Source: the human T2T-CHM13v2.0 reference genome, Homo sapiens
DNA: 64,000 nucleotides
Strand: one strand, 5' to 3'
NCBI RefSeq assembly: GCF_009914755.1
Contig: NC_060945.1
Positions within the stretch are counted from its first letter, which is position 1. The number at the start of each line of letters is the position of its first letter. The position numbers were made by a program, and so were the translations under genes. Below are positions 51,463 through 64,000 of this stretch, piece by piece. The notes beneath the pieces were generated by a model, which searched no databases, had not been told where the DNA came from, and saw only the letters and a program-made list of their open reading frames with translations.

Positions 51463-54400
51463 AGAAGCTTTCTGATGATATATTATAACTTGGGCCTCTT
51501 GTGAGTTACTAAATTGAAGTGGCCAATCCTGTTCAGCTCTCATGCCAGCTTCTATCGATTTGCTATGCCTTCCTGGACCACAGGGTTGAGAAGGATTCTA
51601 AGGCTTAGGGGAAAAGATAACCATTGTTGATTAGTAATGCCTGCAGTGGGCACACAGCAGGAGCAGCAGTGGCCGTGGCTAACTCCTGCAGCCTCGGCAG
51701 CAGCTCGTGTTAAAACGGTGGCTCAGCTAAGGGTTGGGATAAGCATCCCCGTTATCACATGTGTTCATGGGAATGATTACAAGGGAATCATGCCTGGATA
51801 GTCTCTGGAGGTGATGATCACCCCCTTCCATCCAGAAAAATAAATCCTTCCAGAAAGACTCCTTCCTTTCTTCTCCGTTATCTTGTGCTCCCAAGAGGGG
51901 CAGCAGGTCAAAGAAAAGGGCAATTTCCTCCTCTTTCCCCGGGAAGGAACCAATGACTGGCGGGAGGGGGCCTCTTTCTCCAAGGCTGTTCTGGAGCTCT
52001 TGCTGGCTGAGGGCAGCTGCAGCCACACAGCTCGTTTCTTGACATGGAAAGCTGAAACTTCTCGGATCCCAAGCTAAATACCGTTGCTGCAAAACATCCA
52101 GTTTTTCTTTTTCATGGGCCCCTGGTGAATTAAAACCCAGAAGCCAGAGGCCCACCTGCCAATTATTGCAGTTACTTCTGTGCAGGCTTGACTCAGGAAC
52201 CGAGACAGAGCGTTCTGTTTGCTACCGGGGGTGCGCAGGGCGGGCGGGTGGGAGCCGGCTGTGGCCACAGCGCTGTGAATGCCCTCTGTGTGTGCTGGGC
52301 TAGGCCTGGCAGCCACAGTGCCCTCCCTTGCACCGTGAGCTTGGCATCCAAGTGTGACTTCAGTGGGGCCTCTTTCTCCTTGAGTCTGCCTAAGATCGAA
52401 GATTCTGTCAGGAAGTTTCCTTCCCTCTGCTACATGTGCAGCCCCCCGCATGCCCCTGAGGAACTCAGTGACAAACACTTCTACTTTTTCCAAGGAATAA
52501 GAGAAAACAGCACTCAGCTTAAAACTGTGGGGTTTTTCTGTGGCCTTTTCTCCTCTGACCCAATTGCCTTGCAAGATCCCGCTGGTTTGGGGAGAGAACA
52601 GTCACCCTTTGTTCCCTGGAAGCCCCTTTTGTAGTGGGCCACCTTTGAGTTCCAGCTTGGTCTTGCCTCAAGGTGACATCAATGCTGGTTGCTCAAGGCT
52701 CTCCCTGCTGGGTTCTTCTAGGGCCTCTTCGGTCGAGTCATTGGTTTATTTATTAGTTCTTTCACTCCTAGGCCCTGGGAAGACTGGAGGAAAAGATGGA
52801 GTTCTTGTCCTCTAGGAGTCAAGCAGGAAAGTAGCAAATGGTTGAGTGCTGATAGTGGGGCACAGAGAGCCGAGGCTGGGTTCCCCGGATTAGACCCTGT
52901 CCCTGTCCTCTGCATACAAGTCACACAGAGCAGTCCCTGGCATGTGGTGCAAACGTAAAAGGAGGGGCTTCATCTAACTGAGGGGGAGATGCTACCCAGG
53001 AAGTTGTCCCTAAGGAGGGGGGTTTAAGTGGACACCTGAACAGTGAGTAGATGCAGCAGGAAGTAGAAATGAAGGGGCAGGAAGGCAGGCTTAGGAGAGG
53101 AGACAGGGTAGAAGTCTCCAAGGCACAGGGATCATTCTAATAACTGAGAAATCCAAGAGGCCTGGAGTGCAGACAGCTAGGAGAAGCCCAGCGTAGCATG
53201 AGCTAGGGCGGGTGCCAGGCAGCCATGCCTGGCCTCAGAAGCCAGGATAAGAATGTTGGCCTCCTTCTTCAGGATGCAGGGAATCGATGGGATAACTTGA
53301 GCGTCCCCAGTTTTGAGCACTGCACCACAGCTCCTGCTCTTGTCTTCTGGACCGAATACTTGGCCCCTGGACATCACCTTCCAATGACTCAGAAAGATAA
53401 GCCATGTAACAGTGGGGTTGCCTGTGGTGAATACTATACCAGGGCGAAGGCTGGTGGAAAGATCATGAAACCTAAGCCCTGACTCCAGGGTTGGAGGTGA
53501 CTATGAGTGGAGTGGACTGACCTAGAGACGGGTGACCACAATGCCCAGGGGAGGGAATAATGGCTTCTTCTGGATGGGAAGGGGTTGGAGAACATTTGGA
53601 CAGGAAACGCCATTTGAGCTGCATCTCCAAGATGAGGCTCTTGGATGAAGGCCATCTGAGTCACAAGACTGGGGGTGCAGAGGTGTGAAGGGAATGGTGG
53701 GTTCAGGATCAGCGTTCGGAGGGAATGTTTTATTGGGCTGTGCATCTCCTGACCCTGGAACATTCGAGCCTCCTTACTGACCCAGACAGTGGGTGGCTGA
53801 TGGGAACCATATGCTGGAAGTCTTCCGGTGGGGCAGGAAGGGGCCTCATTCCAAACCCCATGCTGAGAAAGGAGCTGGCCGGCTCGGACCACTTATTGTC
53901 CCCTGCTGGGAGGGGTGACGCTGCGGCTTGCTGGACTATCTCCCCTTTGATGAAGAATGCCATCCTCTGGGATGGGCGGCAAAGAAAGGGCCAGCCTGTG
54001 ACTTCTGTCAGCTCCCCCGCTGCATCTTAGATGTGCCTATCCTGGGAGATTTCCGGACCAGAAAACTCATCTTTAAAAAGCTTCGTACCTGCCCCAGGTC
54101 CCGGGGGATCCCATGTCCCGTCCTCCCCTCCGGCCCCAGCTGCAGCAAATGTCTCCTAACAGGGGCCCAACTCCCAGTAGCCACCTTAATCACATGGCAG
54201 GAGTGTCTATTTTCGTTACATAAACAGAGTTGTCTACATTTGGATTCCGGGGCTGGCTACAGGAATTTGTAAACAGCGTGGTGTACGTGTTTCACAGAAA
54301 GTTGCCAGGCTGTGCTCTCTTTCCCACTGCCTGTTGTCCAGTTTTCCCTTTTATAGAGAGTCTGGCTGGGAAAGAGAGACAGAACTTATTTGGGAATAGA

Positions 54401-54908
54401 GGACAATCTCTCAGGCAAATTCCTCTCCCCCCACCCTAGTCACCGCTACCTCCTCGGCTTCAATTTTGAGGTCTGATTCAAAATTAAGACCCTTCTGAAT
54501 TATGAATCCCTCCTAAATGCTAGCTTCTATAGATATAAATATAAACCTCATGGAAAACAAATTTGGGGAGATTTTATTCCCAGAAGGGTAACAAGGAATT
54601 TTGAAGTTTGAGGTAGATTTTAAAAACTCTTGGACACTGCTGTCCCTATCTGAGCTGAGATCCCACATAACATCATGACATTCCACTGGTCTCCTACTTC
54701 CCCCAGGAGCTGTCTTGAGCTTGCAGCAGAGGCTTTTAAGGCTCTGGAGTGAGGGCAGCAGTAGCCCCAAGGAAAAGAGGGGTGCCCACTTTTTCCTTTC
54801 ATTTAATAACCATTAATGAAGCATCTATTGAGATTAGATTCTGTGTTCAGCACTGTGGGCCTGAGAAGATGTTTAACACAAATCATTGGTGTCAAAAAAC
54901 TGCAGCGA

Positions 54909-55218
54909 GGCCGGGCATGGTGGCTCACACGTGTAATCCCAGAACTTTGAGAGGCCAAGGCCGGCAGATCACTTGAGGCCAGGAGTTCGCCATCAGCCTG
55001 GCTAACATGCTGAAACCCCATCTTTATTAAAAATATGAAAATTAGCCGGGCGTCGTGGTTCACACCTGTAATTCCAGCTACTCGGGAGGCTGAGACAGAG
55101 AATCACTTGAATCCAGGAGGTGGAGGTTGCAGTGAGCCGAGATCGCGCCACTGCACTCTAGCCTGGGAGACAGAGCGAGACTACACCTTAAAAATCAGAC
55201 AAACAAACAAACAAAAAA
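54909..55218 (+). mobile_element. AluS
   Basis: Full Alu with (CAAA)n tail. Confidence 0.95.
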
Positions 55219-55398
55219 CCTGCAATGAAAGATGGACTTGTTAAGAGTCACTGAGATGGATTTGGGATGGCAGAGTGGATTTGCTGAAGGAATGAATGAA
55301 AAATAGGTCTGTGACTGACAATGAAGCCTGTTACAGTGGTTGAAGTTGAATCTGCATCTTAAATTCAGTGTAGGCTAACTTTTGCTCTAACCGAAAGC

Positions 55399-55497
55399 TA
55401 GGGTCACAAGCCATCCTGCTTTGCCTGGGACTAATGGGATACTCAGGACACAGGATGGAAAAGTTCTCAGGCAAACTAGTGCAAATTGGCCACCCTA
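55399..55497. mobile_element. MER94/MER81-like hAT-Blackjack MITE
   Basis: TIRs TAGGGTCAC / GGCCACCCTA; internal TTTGCCTGGGAC..CAGGCAAA. Confidence 0.7.
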
Positions 55498-56187
55498 CTT
55501 AAAATTCAAAGAAAAGAGAACGAGGAAGAAAACTCCTGTGTAGGAACTATCCAAACTAGGAAAAATAACCATGAGAGGTCACTGGGACATGAAGCATATA
55601 TGAGCAGTTATTTTTCTCCTTTTATGGGAGAATGAAGAAAAAGAAAATAATCTACCCATGTAGAAAGAAATAGAGGGAAATTAATGAGTTATGAGAAAAT
55701 GGGCATTGACAATCAAAACAAAAGGGCTTACATTCTTAAAACATTCTCGAACAAACCTGGCATTAAACAAAGCTACTGATACATTTTAACTTCATCTGCA
55801 CAGATAACTGCAAAGAAATGCATGGCTTTTAATCACTCCAAATGCTGTAAGGGTCTGAACACATCCATTTCCCAAGAGCATCTGTGTTCAGAACAGGTGA
55901 AGTTAGAATAAGCAGCGGTTTAAAATAATGTTTAGTAAGAAAAGTTTAATGTTATACCTAGATGTTGTATTTCTTTACCGGTTGCTGTAAAGTGTATCCT
56001 TTTTAGAAAGACGTGCAGATGTTAATAGTTAATGATTTTCAAGGAAGCAAGGATGTCTGCTATTTTAATAAAGAGCTTACTGTGCTAGAAATGTCATAGT
56101 TAGTCTGGAAGCATGCACCGTGATGTCAGATCAGTTGAGGGCTCTGGCAAAGTGTAGCTGGTCCCTTGGATTAATAAAGCTCAGATT

Positions 56188-56206
56188 TGGCGCCACCTGG
56201 CGGCAG
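56188..56206 (-). promoter_or_regulatory. Strong CTCF motif (reverse)
   Basis: Minus strand CTGCCGCCAGGTGGCGCCA, near-consensus with both CpGs retained, in unique sequence. Confidence 0.75.
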
Positions 56207-56280
56207 CTACCCAAATTTCAGGTACAGAACCCAGGAAGAGAGAAACACATCGCGCATTTTAAGCTTAGCCAGTGGCAGAA

Positions 56281-56560
56281 GGCCAGGCGCGGTGGCTCAC
56301 GCCTGTAATCCTAGCACTTTGGGAGGCCGAGGCAGGAGCATCGCTTGAGCCCAGGAGTTGGAGACCAGCCTGGACAACATGGCGACATCCCATCTCTACA
56401 AAAAATACAAAAATTAGGCGTGGTGGCGCGTGCCAGGCTGAGGTGGGAGGATCTGTCGAGCCCAGGAGGTCAAGGCTGCAGTGAGCCCTGACTGCAACAC
56501 TACACTCCAGCCTGGGTGATAGAGTGAGACCCTGTCTCAAAAAAAAAAAAAAAAAAAAAA
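56281..56560 (+). mobile_element. AluJ with internal deletion
   Basis: Alu lacking the TGTAGTCCCAGCTACT segment; long poly-A. Confidence 0.93.
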
Positions 56561-56771
56561 GGCAGCAAAGGCCATTTCTATCACCAAAAGCAATATTTTA
56601 TGCATTTTTGAATTGTGAGTTGTGCAAAAGAACCTGGGTCCTCTTGTCCAAAACTTTTCATTCAGAGTATGAGTTTTTGTAGCCTTTTTTTCTCAGCTGT
56701 CAGATGAGGTTCTTTGTAACTACCTTGCAGGGTTGGCATAAAACCAGAGCCATGGTATATAAAGTTTCTTA

Positions 56772-57157
56772 CACCATGAAATACTATGCAGCCGCAGAAA
56801 AGAACAAGATCAAGTCCTTTGCAGGAACATGGATGGAGCTGGAGGCCATTATCCTTAGCAAACTAACACAGGGACCAAAAACCTGATACCGTGTGTTCTC
56901 ACTTATAAGTGGAAGCTAAATGGTGAGAACCGATGGACACAAGGAGGGGAACAACAGACACGGGAGCCTACTTGAGGGTGGATGGTGGGAGGAGGGAGGG
57001 GAGCAGGAAAGACAACTATTGGATACTAGGCTTAGTACCTGGGTGACAAAATAATCTTTACAACAAACCCCCATGACACAAGTTTATCTATATAACAACC
57101 CCTGCACGTGTACCCCCGAACCTAAAATATAAGTTTTTTTTACAAGAAGCTATTACT

Positions 57158-57193
<36 letters not shown>
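56772..57193 (+). mobile_element. Old L1PA 3' end with (TAAA)n tail
   Basis: GGAACATGGATGGAGCTGGAGGCCATTATCCTTAGCAAACTAAC..CTGCACGTGTACCCC; TSD-like AAAGTTTCTTACAC/AAGGTTTCTTGCAC. Confidence 0.92.
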
Positions 57194-57596
57194 GGTTTCT
57201 TGCACATTGCCTGGCACTCAGGAGTTGCTCAATAAATGGGAGTAGCTGAGCTGGTAGCAATGGCTGCTGACGTTACTGATGGGCAGGGTGAACCTGAAAG
57301 TGCTGGCTGTGGGCTGTAGGTTCAGATTGCACTTGAACTTTGCTGCCATCAGTAATTTCCTGAGAGTGGATAATGCAGGGTTGCTTGAACAGTCGAGACA
57401 CATGAGAATCTGAAAGTGCTGCTGGAGCCTGGGCTCTCTAACGGAAGCAGAGCACAAGGTCAAGTTTCCTGGGCAAGACCTTTCCCAGAGGCTCGAACAA
57501 GGACCTAAGTTCTTGCCCAACCTTTGACAAGTTTCCAGAGATGTTATGAAGAGGAGACAGTTCTTTCTGAGACTGGGCAAACAGGGAAGGTAGTGA

Positions 57597-57909
<313 letters not shown>

Positions 57910-58016
57910 TAAATACTAAGAATTTTTAAAGAAGGAATTGATGCTTATAGAATTTTGGTTCCTTTTTCTGTAGAATCAATAGGCTGGACTAGATCATCTT
58001 TAAGGCCCCATATAGT

Positions 58017-58314
58017 TGTTTTGTGTTTTTTTGAGACAGGGTCTTGCTCTGTTGCCCAGGCTGGAGTGCAGTGGTACAAGCCCAGCTCGCTGCAGCCTTG
58101 ACCTCCTAGGCTCAAGTGATTCTCCCCCCATCAGCCTCTCGAGTTGCTGGGACCACAGGCATGCACCACCACACCTGGCTAATTTTTATTTTTCTTTGTA
58201 GAGTCAGGAGTCTCACTACATTGCCCAGGCTGGTCTCAAACCTGGGCTCAAGTGATCCTCCCAATTCTGCCTCTTGAAATCCTGGGATTACAGGCGTGAA
58301 CCACCACCCTTGGC
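58017..58314 (-). mobile_element. AluJ
   Basis: Full antisense Alu with J-type diagnostics. Confidence 0.92.
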
Positions 58315-58956
58315 TAATTCTAACATTCTTGAATCCTAAGAGTTCATGACCAAGGAATACAAAAAGCACAGCCCTGTTGGTGAGGATTTGGAGCAGCTGG
58401 ATCTTCATTCATTACTGGTAGGGATGTAAAATGGTCTAGCAACTCTGAAAACTCATCTGGCAGTTTCTTATAAAATTAATCATGTACCTGCTATGTAACC
58501 CAGAGATTGCCCAAAGAAATGAAAATGTATGTTCACACCAAAACCTGTACATGAACTTTCATAGCATCTCTATTTGTGATAGCAAAAGCTGGAAATAACT
58601 CAGAGTAACAGATATTTAATGGTTAAATATTCATATGATGGGGTACTACTCAGCAATAAAACGAAACTAGCTCTTGATATACACAACTCGGATGGATGTC
58701 AAGAGCATTATATAGAGTGAGGAAAAGCTGATCTCAAAAGGTTGCCTACTGTCTGTTCTTATTTCTTTAACGTTCTCAAAATAATAGATTTATAGAGGGG
58801 ATACCTGCTTAGTGGTTACCATGGCCTAGGGATTGCAGAAAGGGTTCAACTATTAAGGGGTGGCACTAGGGAGTTTCTTAAGGGTGATATAGCAATTTTG
58901 TTCCTTGGTTTTGGTGGTGGTTTCCCAAATCTATACATCAGATTAAATTATATCAA

Positions 58957-59262
<306 letters not shown>

Positions 59263-59268
59263 TTGCAT

Positions 59269-59558
59269 TGCTGGGCATGGTGGCTCACACCTGTAATCCC
59301 AGCACTTTGGGAGGCTGAGGCAGGTGGAGCACCTGAGGTCAGGAGTTCAAGACCAGCCTGACCAACATGGTAAAATTCCATCTCTACTAAAAATACAAAA
59401 ATTAGCTGGGAGTGGTGGCGGGCACCTGTAACCTCAGCTACTTGGGAGGCTGAGGCAAGAGAATTGCTTGAACCTGTGAGGCAGAGGTTGCATGATCTGA
59501 TATTATGCCACTGCACTCCAGCCTGGGCAACAGAGAGAGACTCCATCTCAAAAAAAAA
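59269..59558 (+). mobile_element. AluS
   Basis: Full Alu directly after the AluJ tail. Confidence 0.93.
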
Positions 59559-60647
59559 CTGCATCAAATTACACACACACACACACACAAATGAGTGCAT
59601 GTAAAAATGGTGAAATGTGAATATGGTCTGTGGTCTATGTAACTACAAGGATTATATCAACATCAATTTCATACTTTTGATGTTATACTATAGCTATGTC
59701 CCATGTTACTATTGGAAGAAACTGGGTGAAGGGTACACACAAAATTTTTGCAATTTCCTGTGAATCTATAATTCTTTGAAAAAATAACTTAAAAAGAGAG
59801 AAATGTACAAAATGGTTGTATCCTACATTCTCTAAAATTTGGGGGAAAAAAAGGAAAAAAGAAAAGCAAATTTCAAAGCCTTTCTCTGGGCTGTTGGCAG
59901 CCACTGCAGGCAGCGGAGGGAGCACCACCTGCCCAGAGCACATGAGGCTGGTTTTCATTGTCACTGCAGAGGTGACACTTCTGGACTTTGACTGCTGCGT
60001 ATGAACCAGGCACACTCGGCAGCACAGTGGGGACACATTGTGGCCATTTTGAATACCACAGCCTGAGATTTAGACTTTTCTTTCTCTGGCCCTAGCAAAA
60101 AGGACCCTATGGTAAACACCCTGCCTAATGAGGTTTGAAAGACAATAAACGAGACTGTGGTTGGCAGGGGTTCTCCAGATGTAGACAGCAGGCTCTCCTG
60201 GGCCATGCCCTTTCTGAATACTCAGTCAAGCTGTGCTATCTCCGTGAGGTTGCTAATTGGAAGCAAATTCTGAAAGCCACCCCACTTTGGAATCCCAGAG
60301 AGGCCTGGAGATGAGTTTCCTTTAAGACAAGGCAAGGAACCATGGGTTTGTTCTAAATTTTCAAGGACATGGAATCCTTTGAAAAGATTTCTTAAGGGAG
60401 CAGGTGCTTGGCTTTGGCTTCCGTCCCCATTGAGTCCAAACCTGAGAGCATCGGGAAAGCGGAGGTGGGACTCCATGGTGGTGGGGGGTGTTCCCAGGGA
60501 GAAGCTGGGGGCGCTTTTCCTGCCCTGAGCACTCTCCATCCTGGGCTTCTGTCTCTGAATCAGAAACAAAAGTTCCAGGGAAAACCCACTTCAAAATCTG
60601 CCCAAACGAAAGGCTGTGAGAATAAGGAGATGTTGTCAAAAAATATG

Positions 60648-61071
60648 TCTTTATGGTTTGGATCTGTGTCCCCAGCAAATGTCATGTCGAATTGTAATTC
60701 CCCAGTGTTGGAGGTGGGGCCTGGTGGGAGGTGAGAGGATCATGGGGGTAGATTTCTGCACCACCATCCCCTTGGAGCTGTTCTCGTGATAGTAAGTGAG
60801 CTCTCGTGAGATCTGGTTCTTTAAAAGTGTGGCATCGCCCCCAGCTCTCTTCCTTTTGCTCTGGTCATGAGAAGTGCTGGCTCCCCCTTTGCCCTCTGTC
60901 ATGATTGTAAGTTTCCTGAGGCCTCCCCAGAAGCTGAGCAGATGCCAGCATCATGCTTCCTGTATAGCCTGCAGAACCATGAGCCAAAGTTTAAGAGGTT
61001 TAGCCTGTTTTCTTTATAAACTACCCAGTCTCAGGTATGTCTTTATAGCAGTGTAAAAATGAACTAATACA
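60648..61071 (+). mobile_element. MSTA/MSTB solo LTR
   Basis: ATGGTTTGGATCTGTGTCCCC..GGAGGTGGGGCCTGGTGGGAGG..CCCAGTCTCAGGTATGTCTTTATAGCAGTG..CTAATACA. Confidence 0.9.
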
Positions 61072-61239
61072 TACACACCTGTCAGAAAAAGATACAACAT
61101 TTAATAACGATGGAATGTAAATATCAAATATTTTTATTTACAAACAAATAAAAGTTTTTATATAGAACTAAAATGATTTCTATAACACCTGTTTTCACTG
61201 TTCTTCAATATTTCTCTTTTAACTTTTCAAAGATTTTCT

Positions 61240-61373
61240 TTTTAAAATTTTTTTTTGTAGAGATGGGATCTCACTATGTTAACCCAGTCTGGTCTCGAAC
61301 TCCTGGCATGTGATCCTCCCTCCTTGGCCTCCCAAAATGCTGGGATTACAGGCAAAAGCCACCACGCCCAGCC
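61240..61373 (-). mobile_element. FLAM / Alu left monomer
   Basis: GTAGAGATGGGATCTCACTATGTT..CCACGCCCAGCC. Confidence 0.88.
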
Positions 61374-61379
61374 AAGATT

Positions 61380-61600
61380 TTCTTTTTTTATTGTCTGTAT
61401 TTAAGATATGCAACAAGATGTTCTGACGTACATATGTGGAGTGATTACCACAGACAAGCAAATTAACATACCGTTAACATATTACACCAACCATTAACAT
61501 GTCCATGTTCGTGTGTGTTTTGGGGGGGGGTATGTGTGGTAAGAGCACCTAAAACCTACTCTCTTGGCAGATTTCCAGTATGCAATGTGTACAATGCTTA
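61380..61600 (-). mobile_element. L1MA 3' end fragment
   Basis: TATTTAAGATATGCAACAAGATG..AAGCAAATTAACATA..GGTAAGAGCACCTAAAACCTACTCTCTT. Confidence 0.75.
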
Positions 61601-62899
61601 TAAACATTTTTCTTTATTAAAACAAAACAAAAAACCGCCACATATATGGAAAGAGCTGTGCTGGATGCCTAAGGAGGAAGCTTGATGGTTCTAAGCAAAG
61701 GCCAAAAAGTGGTCTGATCTATGGAAAAACTGGAAAGCCGGCAAAATTTGCTGTGAGAGCCCTTTCTCTGCTCCCATCTGTGCTGATCTGCTTTTTTCCT
61801 ACAAGAGCCCATTGGCCTTTTATAGTTCCTGGGGAAAATGAAGCCCCCACGGTTGTGCCTCCTTGAGTTCCAGGACTTCCCCCTCTCCTTCCCATCCAGT
61901 TTTAACCCCCACACACCTGTGGCCTGCACGCTGGGGGTTCTTTTCTGTTTCTTTTGATCCTCTTCCTCTTTGAAAATCATCTTTGTAAAACAAACCTAAT
62001 ACGGCACCATTTCCGTCCAGATTCATGCTCCAGGAAGAAAGGGTGCTGGAGGCTACAGGGGGGCCTCACAGCCCACGTGATCTCTGTGTTACATTCATTT
62101 TCCACTAACAGAAATCAAAGAACATACCCTGCCATTCGGCCTGTGACAGGGGTCTTTGTTAACTTTGGGTCTTGCTAAAGTTCAGTAATGTCAGGGCAAA
62201 CAGAACACAAGGAAGCTGAGACGTTCTCTGGCTTTCCGTTGCAAACTAGGCCTGTTGATGATGGTGACAAGCTTCTCAATCCCAGAAGCATGAAGCCAGC
62301 AAGGCTGGGAAAGCACCTTGGGGGAAGGCTCCATCAGAAGAGAATCAACTTTATCAAAACTTGGTTTGCTCTATCACAGCAGCGGCATTTCAGAAGCATC
62401 CTACCAAGTTGCTTGTTTCATTGATAAACTAAAGAAACCCTACATGTTTGGAGAGTTCTTGGTGAGGCCTGTTCCTTGGAAGTCGTCATGCTTGTGTGTA
62501 TCTTAGAGAAGAAGAAAATTCCAGTAGTTCCTCAGTCAAATGGTGTAATCCACTCCAGAATCATTGCCATCTCTTCTAATATTCTGAACCAGGCACAGAG
62601 AAAGTAGAAGCTCAGTGCATAGCTAAATGAAATTACCAGAGATTCTCAATGCCCCCATTTCCAGCTTTTCACAAAACCATTGTGCTCACATTAATAGCAT
62701 CAAGGAAAGCTTCCTACTCTGTGAGCTCAATTAGAAACGTCATGTATTGTTAATGGTTTTGAAAAGGTGAAAACTTTCTTTTCCAGAGTCTTTTTCATCG
62801 GAATGATAATCTTAGTACCTTGTAAATAGATGAGGTGGTTGATTTCATCACAGCCAGAATCTAGAATTATCACCATTCTTTTGGGATACAGTGAGAGCT

Positions 62900-63255
62900 T
62901 TTTTCCAGCCAGACACAGAATGGGCAATACAGGTAAGGTCCCTGTTGTCATGGAGCTCAAGTTCTGTTAGAGACAGGAAAGAAAAAAACAATCAATAAAA
63001 CAGGAAAACTTCATAATTCAAAGAAGCCACGCACAGCTGTGAGACTATGCACAGGCACCATTCACACTGTAGACTAAGTGACAGCTGCCCCCGGGTTAAG
63101 CCCTGCCTTGCCTGGGCAACAGTACATGGCATCCCCACACAATTCAGATAATACAAAGTGCTATCAGGGAAATGTGAAGAAGGAAGAAGCTGTGCCAAGA
63201 TTGGGGGAAAAGCATTAGAGGCAGAGAGAGCAGCGTATGCAAAGATGCTGAGGCA
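62900..63255 (-). mobile_element. L2 fragments
   Basis: GGTCCCTGTTGTCATGGAGCTCA; TGCCAAGATTGGGGGAAAAGCATT..GCAAAGATGCTGAGGCAG. Confidence 0.6.
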
Positions 63256-63257
63256 GT

Positions 63258-64000
63258 CCGTATAATTGCACCATGAAGAGGTCCCTGTCCTAATCTCTGG
63301 AAGCTGTGAATATGTTACCTTACCTGGTAAAATGGACTTTGCAGGTGTGATTATTAAGTTAAGGATCTTGAGATGGGAAGATGATCTTGGATTATCCAGA
63401 TGGGACAAATGCAATCACAAGGCTCCTTATAAGAAGCAGGCAGGGGGCTCAGGGAGTGGGAGAAGATGTGATCACAAAAGCAGAGGCTGGGCCGGGTGCG
63501 GTGGCTCATGCCTGTAATCCCAGCACTTTGGGAGGTTGAGGCGGACAGATCATTTGAGGTCACGAATTTGAGACCAGCCTGGCCAACATAGTGAAACCCC
63601 ATCTCTACTAAAAATATACAAAAATTAGCCTGGCATGGTGGCAGGCATCTGTAGTTCCAGCTACTAGGGAGGCTGAGGCAGGAGGATCACTTGGACCCAG
63701 GAGGCGGAGGTTGCCGTGAGTCAAGATCGTGCCGCTGCGCTCCAGCCTGGGTGACAGAATGAGACTCTGAAAAAAAAAAAAGAAGAAAGAGAAAGAAGGA
63801 AAGAAAGAAAGAAAGAAGGAAGGAAGGAAAGAAAGAGAAAAAGAAAGAAAAAAGAAAGAGAAAGAAAGAAAAAGAAAGAAAAGCAGAGGCTGGAGGGATG
63901 CCAGGATGCCAGGGAGAGGGCCAAGAGCCAAAGAATGTGGGTGGCCTCTGGAAGCTGCAAAAGGTAAAGAAATGGATTCACACTCCCTCCTCAACCCCCA
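63258..64000 (+). mobile_element. MLT1D-type LTR split by an Alu, running off the window
   Basis: TCCTAATCTCTGGAAGCTGTGAATATGTTACCTTA..GGACTTTGCAG..GGATCTTGAGATGGG; resumes GGCCTCTGGAAGCTGCAAAAGG. Confidence 0.85.
63490..63878 (+). mobile_element. Alu with expanded (GAAA)n tail
   Basis: Full Alu; TSD AAAAGCAGAGGCTG at 63476-63489 and 63879-63892. Confidence 0.95.

Noticed and set aside
61595-61625. Minus-strand AATAAA suggesting a gene 3' end
   Set aside because: Sits in an AT-rich junction beside an L1 fragment; no upstream coding exon found

Overview
Primate (human-like) genomic DNA that looks intronic or intergenic. It is CpG-depleted, AT-rich in the left half and more GC-rich at about 41-54 kb. 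Roughly half is recognisable interspersed repeat: about 18 Alu/FLAM/FRAM copies, old L1MA/MB/MC/ME and L1PA/PB 3' ends, L2/L3/MIR, MaLR and ERVL LTRs (MLT1, MLT2, MST, LTR16-like), and DNA transposons (MER1B, MER5, MER30, MER58, MER94, an Hsmar1 5' half and a ~2 kb decayed hAT/Charlie transposase). I cannot support any protein-coding gene and cannot name the locus; nearly all ORF-track entries are repeat-derived or chance. The most notable items are: (1) a chimeric insertion fusing a 5'-truncated Alu to an oppositely oriented 62-nt 28S rRNA fragment, with no target-site duplication; (2) a fossil Charlie/Buster-type transposase whose catalytic motifs are still readable; (3) a convergent pair of strong CTCF motifs enclosing the GC-rich, enhancer-like region; (4) two old local duplications; (5) candidate lncRNA exons next to an LTR; and (6) a 404-codon orphan ORF whose first ATG is put in frame by a 13-bp duplication. 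I do not see a new multi-gene system. Repeat subfamily names come from remembered consensus sequences, not a database search, and boundaries of old repeats are approximate.
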